DNA from: an uncultured Muribaculaceae bacterium | GTDB taxonomy: Bacteria > Bacteroidota > Bacteroidia > Bacteroidales > UBA932 | NCBI GenBank assembly: GCA_964475015.1 | Contig: CAYYVA010000002.1 | Span: 26,221 to 90,220 of the forward strand | Length of the DNA: 64,000 nucleotides | Direction of reading: 5' to 3' | In this document: positions 59,499 to 64,000 of the stretch, piece by piece | Numbering within the stretch: position 1 is the first letter of the stretch | How the letters are laid out: the number at the start of each line of letters is the position of its first letter | Translations under genes and position numbers: made by a program | Notes under the pieces: generated by a model | What the model was told of the DNA's origin: nothing | The model's database searches: none | The model's input: the letters and a program-made list of their open reading frames with translations, nothing else

Positions 59499-60368
59499 TC
59501 AGCGTAACTTGATTTCTGAACCAATAGCCAGTCCTTTAGCCTTTATACCAGGATTGAGCCTGTAAAGTTCATCCAGAGTGATTCCATTGTTCCTGGCTAT
59601 TGAATAGAGGGTATCCCCCTTCTTCACCACATGCACTGCCTGGGGCTCAGGGAGGGTTCCCTGAGGGGCCTTCACCGCTTCATCAAGTGTCTTTACAGTG
59701 TTCTGCGGGGTCTCTCCGGTAAATTCATAATACTTGAAGTTGGCCTTGCGGGCCTTCTCCGCTGCCCTGGCAGCCTTGCGCTCCAGCTTCTTCCTCTTCT
59801 TCTCTATCTTTGCAGCCTTCTTTTCCTGTCGGGAAGAAGACTTGAGCTGCTTGAAGGCCTCTCCGGTATCATATTTATACAGCTGGTACTCCTCTATAAT
59901 ATCAATCAAAAGCTTTGCATACTTTGGATTGGTGGCATATCCTGCCGCCTTGAGCCCATGGGCCCAACCTTTATAGTCTGTAATTGGAAGGTCAAACAGG
60001 GAATTGTACCTGCTGCCGGAAATCAGGAAATATGAATGGTCTGTAAATGAATCAATAGGGTCATTGTACTTTCTGAAGCATTCATTCTTCTTGTCATCAT
60101 CATGCTTGAATTTCTTTCCTATCCAACCGTTGTGGCACTTTATCCCAAAATGGTTGTTCGCCTTCCTGGCAAGGGTTGAATTTCCGTCGCCAGATTCCAG
60201 ACATGCCTGTGCAAGGGTTATGCTGGCAGGAATCTTGTGCCTGTGCATCTGCCTGATGGCAACATCCCTGTATTTCTCTATATATTGCTTCCTTGTAAGG
60301 TTCTGGGCACTTGCTGCAAATGCAATGCACAGCAAAATAAACTGGATTAATGCAACTCTTGTTCTCAT
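59499..60368 (-). CDS. glucosaminidase-domain protein with a C-terminal LysM
   Basis: IPASITLAQACLESG...HFGIKC, a Lys-rich linker, and LysM (HVVKKGDTLYSIA...). Confidence 0.75.
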   Translation of the reverse strand: MRTRVALIQFILLCIAFAASAQNLTRKQYIEKYRDVAIRQMHRHKIPASITLAQACLESGDGNSTLARKANNHFGIKCHNGWIGKKFKHDDDKKNECFRKYNDPIDSFTDHSYFLISGSRYNSLFDLPITDYKGWAHGLKAAGYATNPKYAKLLIDIIEEYQLYKYDTGEAFKQLKSSSRQEKKAAKIEKKRKKLERKAARAAEKARKANFKYYEFTGETPQNTVKTLDEAVKAPQGTLPEPQAVHVVKKGDTLYSIARNNGITLDELYRLNPGIKAKGLAIGSEIKLR

Positions 60369-60422
60369 AATACAAAGATAGCAATAAAAATAACTAACTT
60401 TAAGGCAGCAAACAGATATATC

Positions 60423-60875
60423 ATGTTCCAGGAATACAAATCAAAATCAGAACTGCCTCATCCGCATGGGATACTTCTTGAAGAGGCAATCCGTGCAACC
60501 GAATCATCTTACGCCCCATATTCAGGATTCAATGTAGGGGCCGCCGTACTGATGGAGAGCGGGGAGATTGTTACAGGCTCTAACCAGGAGAATTCATCAT
60601 ATCCTTCAGGGCTTTGTGCAGAGAGGGTAGCCCTGTTTTCAGCACACCACAGGTTTCCTGATGTACCCGTTGTTGCAATTGCCATTGCTGCCAGTACTGG
60701 AGGGAAAGTCACCTCAGAACCCGTGTGTCCGTGCGGTGCTTGCGTGCAGGTAATGGCTGAAAGCCAGAAAAGGGGCGGTCAGCCTATAAAGGTGATTATG
60801 GGTTCTGCCGGAAAGATACAGACAGTTGATTCAGTTGGAGAACTGCTTCCACATTCATTTTCATTTGGCAAATAA
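60423..60875 (+). CDS. cdd: cytidine deaminase
   Basis: CAERVALF and PCGACVQVM zinc motifs. Confidence 0.85.
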   Translation: MFQEYKSKSELPHPHGILLEEAIRATESSYAPYSGFNVGAAVLMESGEIVTGSNQENSSYPSGLCAERVALFSAHHRFPDVPVVAIAIAASTGGKVTSEPVCPCGACVQVMAESQKRGGQPIKVIMGSAGKIQTVDSVGELLPHSFSFGK

Positions 60876-60886
60876 ATAAATTTTCT

Positions 60887-60894
60887 TACCTTTG
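60887..60894 (+). promoter_or_regulatory. -7 box TACCTTTG for the SRP RNA
   Basis: It ends about 5 nt before the predicted 5' end of the RNA. Confidence 0.45.
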
Positions 60895-60898
60895 TGCC

Positions 60899-60996
60899 CG
60901 GGTAAGTCATATACGACCAGCTCCTGCAAAACTCCCCCAGGGCCGGAAGGCAGCAAGGGTATGCGGTTGTAGCGGTGCGATATATCAAGCTTACCC
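60899..60996 (+). ncRNA. ffs: signal recognition particle RNA (small/4.5S type)
   Basis: Terminal helix cgggtaag / cttaccc. The conserved domain IV core is CAGGGCCGGAAGGCAGCAAGGGT. A T7 run follows. Confidence 0.75.
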
Positions 60997-61001
60997 TTTT
61001 T

Positions 61002-62582
61002 TTATTTCCCCTTGCCAAGCTCTTCAACAGCCCGCAATATCTCCCTGTCATTGCCGTTGATGAACTCAATGAAGTTGTTGAAGCTATATACTGAACGGAT
61101 TATCAGCCCCTTGAAGTATCTCCTTATTTCATTCCCTGAAATGGCCATATCACCCTCATCAGGTTCAACACCCTTATCCCTGCAATAGGCCAGGAATGCA
61201 TCAATTTCACTGTCGGGAACTTCATATTTTGCCGCAAATTCCTTGAATGTGCCGTATTTCTTCAGTATGGAGAGCCTGTGCCTGTCTGAATACTCATTCA
61301 TATAGTCTGTAAGGAGCCCTTTCCTGAGAATCTCTCCATAGAACGGGGTATAATATGTGGTATCCTGCGGTATAAATATGTCAGGCATGATGCCTCCGCC
61401 GCCATATACCGGCCTGCCGAGCTTCCTTGTCATGAATACAAGAGAATCTGCAAGGTGTATGCTGTCACGGCTGAAATTCTCACCCCTGTTGAAACGCTCC
61501 ACCATCTGCTTGTAATATTCATCCTTCTTCCCCTGCTCGTACGGGCTCTGGATAACCCTGCCGCTTGGGGTATGGTACCTTGAGACTGTAAGCCTAAGGG
61601 CTGAACCGTCCTGAAGGGGGAGCTGCTGCTGCACAAGCCCCTTCCCGAAAGATCTTCTTCCAATTATCAATCCCCTGTCCCAGTCCTGGATCGCACCCGA
61701 TACAATCTCACTTGCCGAAGCGGAGTTTTCATCTATGAGCACTGCTACAGGGACATTCTTGAAGAGGCCGTTCCCGTTTGCATACTCATCCATCCTCTTC
61801 ACGGTACGCCCCTCGGTATATACAATCAGCTGACCCTGCTCCAGGAACTCGTTCGCTATCTGGATTGCAGCTATAAGGTAGCCGCCTGGATTCCCCCTCA
61901 GGTCAAGGATTATACCTTTTGGAACAACTTCCAGCTCCCTTAGTGCCATGAGCATCTCCTTGTAGGATGTGGCTGCAAATCTTGTAAGGCGCAGATATAC
62001 TATATCCTTCCCGATTGTATAATACGCATCAAGGCTGTTCAAGGGAATCTTGTCCCTGGTAATGAGGAACACAAGAGGTGAGGTTTCCCCTTTCCTGATC
62101 ACTTCCACCTCCACTTTTGTCCCCTTGGGGCCCCTGAGATATTTATGTACCCTCTCTATTGTAAGTCCTGTTCCGGAAATGAGTTCCCCGTCAACCTTGT
62201 TTATCTTGTCACCTGCCCTGATGCCCACCTTTTCAGACGGGCCGCCTGGAATTGTAGAGTTGATTGTGAGAGTATCATTTATAAGTGCAAACTCCACCCC
62301 TATTCCGTCAAAGTTCCCCTCCAAAGGCTCATTCATGGCCTTCATGTCCTTCGCAGAAATGTATGACGAATGCGGGTCAAGCTCCTTCATTATGGCAACA
62401 AGGGCATTGTCTGTAAGCTTGTCCATATTGGCTGTATCAAGGTACAGCCTGTTTATATAGAACAGTGTCTGCCCCAGCTTGTTTGCCTGCAATGATATGT
62501 CATTCTGCGCGAATGTGGAACCGGCTGCTGAAAAAATGGGAACCAGCAGCAGAAAAAGCTTCATGAGGGTGTTCTTGAACAT
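61002..62582 (-). CDS. S41 family C-terminal processing peptidase
   Basis: 526 aa with a PDZ domain, then LDLRGNPGG and SASASEI. Confidence 0.8.
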   Translation of the reverse strand: MFKNTLMKLFLLLVPIFSAAGSTFAQNDISLQANKLGQTLFYINRLYLDTANMDKLTDNALVAIMKELDPHSSYISAKDMKAMNEPLEGNFDGIGVEFALINDTLTINSTIPGGPSEKVGIRAGDKINKVDGELISGTGLTIERVHKYLRGPKGTKVEVEVIRKGETSPLVFLITRDKIPLNSLDAYYTIGKDIVYLRLTRFAATSYKEMLMALRELEVVPKGIILDLRGNPGGYLIAAIQIANEFLEQGQLIVYTEGRTVKRMDEYANGNGLFKNVPVAVLIDENSASASEIVSGAIQDWDRGLIIGRRSFGKGLVQQQLPLQDGSALRLTVSRYHTPSGRVIQSPYEQGKKDEYYKQMVERFNRGENFSRDSIHLADSLVFMTRKLGRPVYGGGGIMPDIFIPQDTTYYTPFYGEILRKGLLTDYMNEYSDRHRLSILKKYGTFKEFAAKYEVPDSEIDAFLAYCRDKGVEPDEGDMAISGNEIRRYFKGLIIRSVYSFNNFIEFINGNDREILRAVEELGKGK

Positions 62583-62588
62583 TTTGTA

Positions 62589-63560
62589 TCAGTCTTTAAA
62601 TTTCTCCAGTTCTATTTCAAATTTCATTCCTTCCTTTGCAAGATATGACTCAGGGAACACGGCCCTGGCCTCTTCAAGCATTGTATCCAGAGACTTGTAC
62701 CTTGAAGAGTAGTGTCCGAGTACGAGCTTTTTGGCACCCGCCTCTAATGCACAACAAGCGGCAGCTTCAGAAGTTGAATGGAATGTTGTTTTTGCAAGCC
62801 CGGAATATTCGTTTGTATAGGTTGAATCGTGGTATATGAGGTCTGCCCCCTTTACCCAACCGGCAAGCCTCTTGAAAGGGAGTGTATCTGTACAGTAGGC
62901 AAATGACCTCGGCTTGTAGGGGAGATATGTGAAGTCCCTGTTAAGTAGTGTCTGCTCATATTCAACCTCCCTCCCCTCTTCATCTGTGAAAGTGGCCGGG
63001 CGTACAAGGGCTTTCCCCTCCTTCAGGCGGGCTATTTCATACAATGAAAGCTTGTATGGCTCTATAAGATGCTTGTGTACATTAAGTTGCGGCTCCTTCT
63101 CCCTGAAGAGGAATCCGTATGTCTCCCCCCTGTGCACAAGCGGGAAGGCAAATGCCTCCACCTGTCGGGAATCATATATGAGCTGTGGTTCCCTGCATTT
63201 GATGGGGTGGAAATTTATGTTGTATTTTATCCCCTCCCCAAACTGCTCCATGAAGAACTCCAGAATCTTGCTGAATCCCTCCGGAGCATAGATGTTCAGG
63301 TCTCCCTGTCTTCCTCCCATAGCCATGGTGGAAAGGAGCCCGAAGAGGCCGAACAGATGGTCCCCATGAAGGTGTGAAATGAATATGTGGTCTATCTTGC
63401 CGAACGACACCCCGTACTTGCGCATCTGCATCTGCGCACCTTCTCCGCAGTCTATCAAGAACAAGCGCTCACGAACCGTAAGGATGTGAGCGCTTGGGTA
63501 TCTGTTGGCAGTGGGGAGGGCCGAAGCCGTCCCCATTGTCAGAAATGAAAATTCCATCAA
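62589..63560 (-). CDS. rnz: ribonuclease Z
   Basis: FLTMGTASALPT..., ISHLHGDHLFG. Confidence 0.85.
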   Translation of the reverse strand: MMEFSFLTMGTASALPTANRYPSAHILTVRERLFLIDCGEGAQMQMRKYGVSFGKIDHIFISHLHGDHLFGLFGLLSTMAMGGRQGDLNIYAPEGFSKILEFFMEQFGEGIKYNINFHPIKCREPQLIYDSRQVEAFAFPLVHRGETYGFLFREKEPQLNVHKHLIEPYKLSLYEIARLKEGKALVRPATFTDEEGREVEYEQTLLNRDFTYLPYKPRSFAYCTDTLPFKRLAGWVKGADLIYHDSTYTNEYSGLAKTTFHSTSEAAACCALEAGAKKLVLGHYSSRYKSLDTMLEEARAVFPESYLAKEGMKFEIELEKFKD

Positions 63561-64000
63561 TTATTTTGCAGATTTTTCCATCTCGCTTTTGAGAGCTGCA
63601 AGGGCATCAATGTCACCAAGAGTTGTCTTCTCTATGTTAGCCTTGATCTTCTTAACAGCCTTCTGGGTTGACTCAGCCTCAGCTGCCTTCTCCTTGTTCT
63701 CCTTAGCCTCTACCTCTTTCTTTGCATCCTCTGCAATTCTAGAGTGTGAAAGGATGATCTTCTTGTTGCCTTTGTTGAACTCAACAACCTTGAAGTCAAG
63801 TTTCTCCTCAGCTTTGGCAGTAGTACCGTCCTCTTTTACAAGAGCCTTTGCAGGAGCGAAGCCCTCGATTCCGTAAGAAAGAGCTACAGTTGCACCTTTC
63901 TCATTGAATGAAACTACAGTACCCTCGTGAACAGAACCTACTGTGAATACAGTCTCAAATACATCCCAAGGGTTCTCCTCAAGCTGTTTGTGACCGAGGC
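63561..64000 (-). CDS. rpsA: 30S ribosomal protein S1, C-terminal part (5' end outside the window)
   Basis: My own minus-strand translation: ...LGHKQLEENPWDVFETVFTVGSVHEGTVVSFNEKGATVAL..GIEGFAP...KIILSHSRI..., which is the last S1 repeat plus an acidic/Lys-rich tail. The stop is at 63561-63563. Confidence 0.8.
   Translation of the reverse strand, partial: LGHKQLEENPWDVFETVFTVGSVHEGTVVSFNEKGATVALSYGIEGFAPAKALVKEDGTTAKAEEKLDFKVVEFNKGNKKIILSHSRIAEDAKKEVEAKENKEKAAEAESTQKAVKKIKANIEKTTLGDIDALAALKSEMEKSAK

Overview
The window looks like a chromosomal segment of a Bacteroidales-type (Bacteroidota) genome. Supporting signs are many TAnnTTTG -7 promoter boxes, lipoprotein and TonB-receptor loci, a V-type ATPase operon and a Na+-pumping methylmalonyl-CoA decarboxylase operon. 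About 80% is ordinary core gene content: pdxB, acyl-ACP thioesterase, recF plus DUF721, YebC, the mce-mmdA-(LTD/OadG)-mmdC-mmdB operon, the seven-gene V-ATPase operon, NamZ-like DUF1343, L31 type B, TIGR02757, M14 peptidase, TldD/PmbA, NhaC, SlyD, TamB, TsaD, MtaB, FolB, MnmA, MltG, cdd, SRP RNA, an S41 protease, RNase Z and the S1 C-terminus. There are three accessory or unusual zones. (1) 20.6-31.6 kb holds a cobalamin riboswitch driving a BtuH/BtuG/BtuB-like B12 capture operon. Only 35 nt downstream, a tightly coupled four-gene module follows: a PF14907-like nucleotidyltransferase, an ABC exporter, an HPr-kinase-like P-loop protein and an S24/S26-like peptidase. Its expected partner, a PqqD/RRE protein, lies on the other side of the block on the opposite strand. 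The whole 10.4-kb block is bracketed by a perfect 25-bp inverted repeat that belongs to a four-copy repeat family. I regard this PqqD-linked module as the best candidate for an undescribed peptide modification and export system, because it has no recognisable core enzyme and no annotated precursor. (2) 31.6-32.4 kb carries a 54-aa ORF plus a GNAT gene that resemble a toxin-antitoxin pair. (3) 35.2-39.3 kb is an AT-rich island behind a truncated IS1182-type transposase; it encodes a small secreted Cys peptide, a GLPGLI protein and an outer-membrane barrel. Independently of genes, the oligomer TGTCGGGAA(G) / (C)TTCCCGACA occurs 15 times on both strands, where about 0.5 is expected for equal base frequencies. 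It resembles an uptake-signal-like or protein-binding genomic word. Also present are a frameshifted TonB-dependent receptor and two large intergenic palindromes. No CRISPR array, tRNA or rRNA was seen. All product calls rest on my own recognition of motifs in the translated ORFs. No database search was run.
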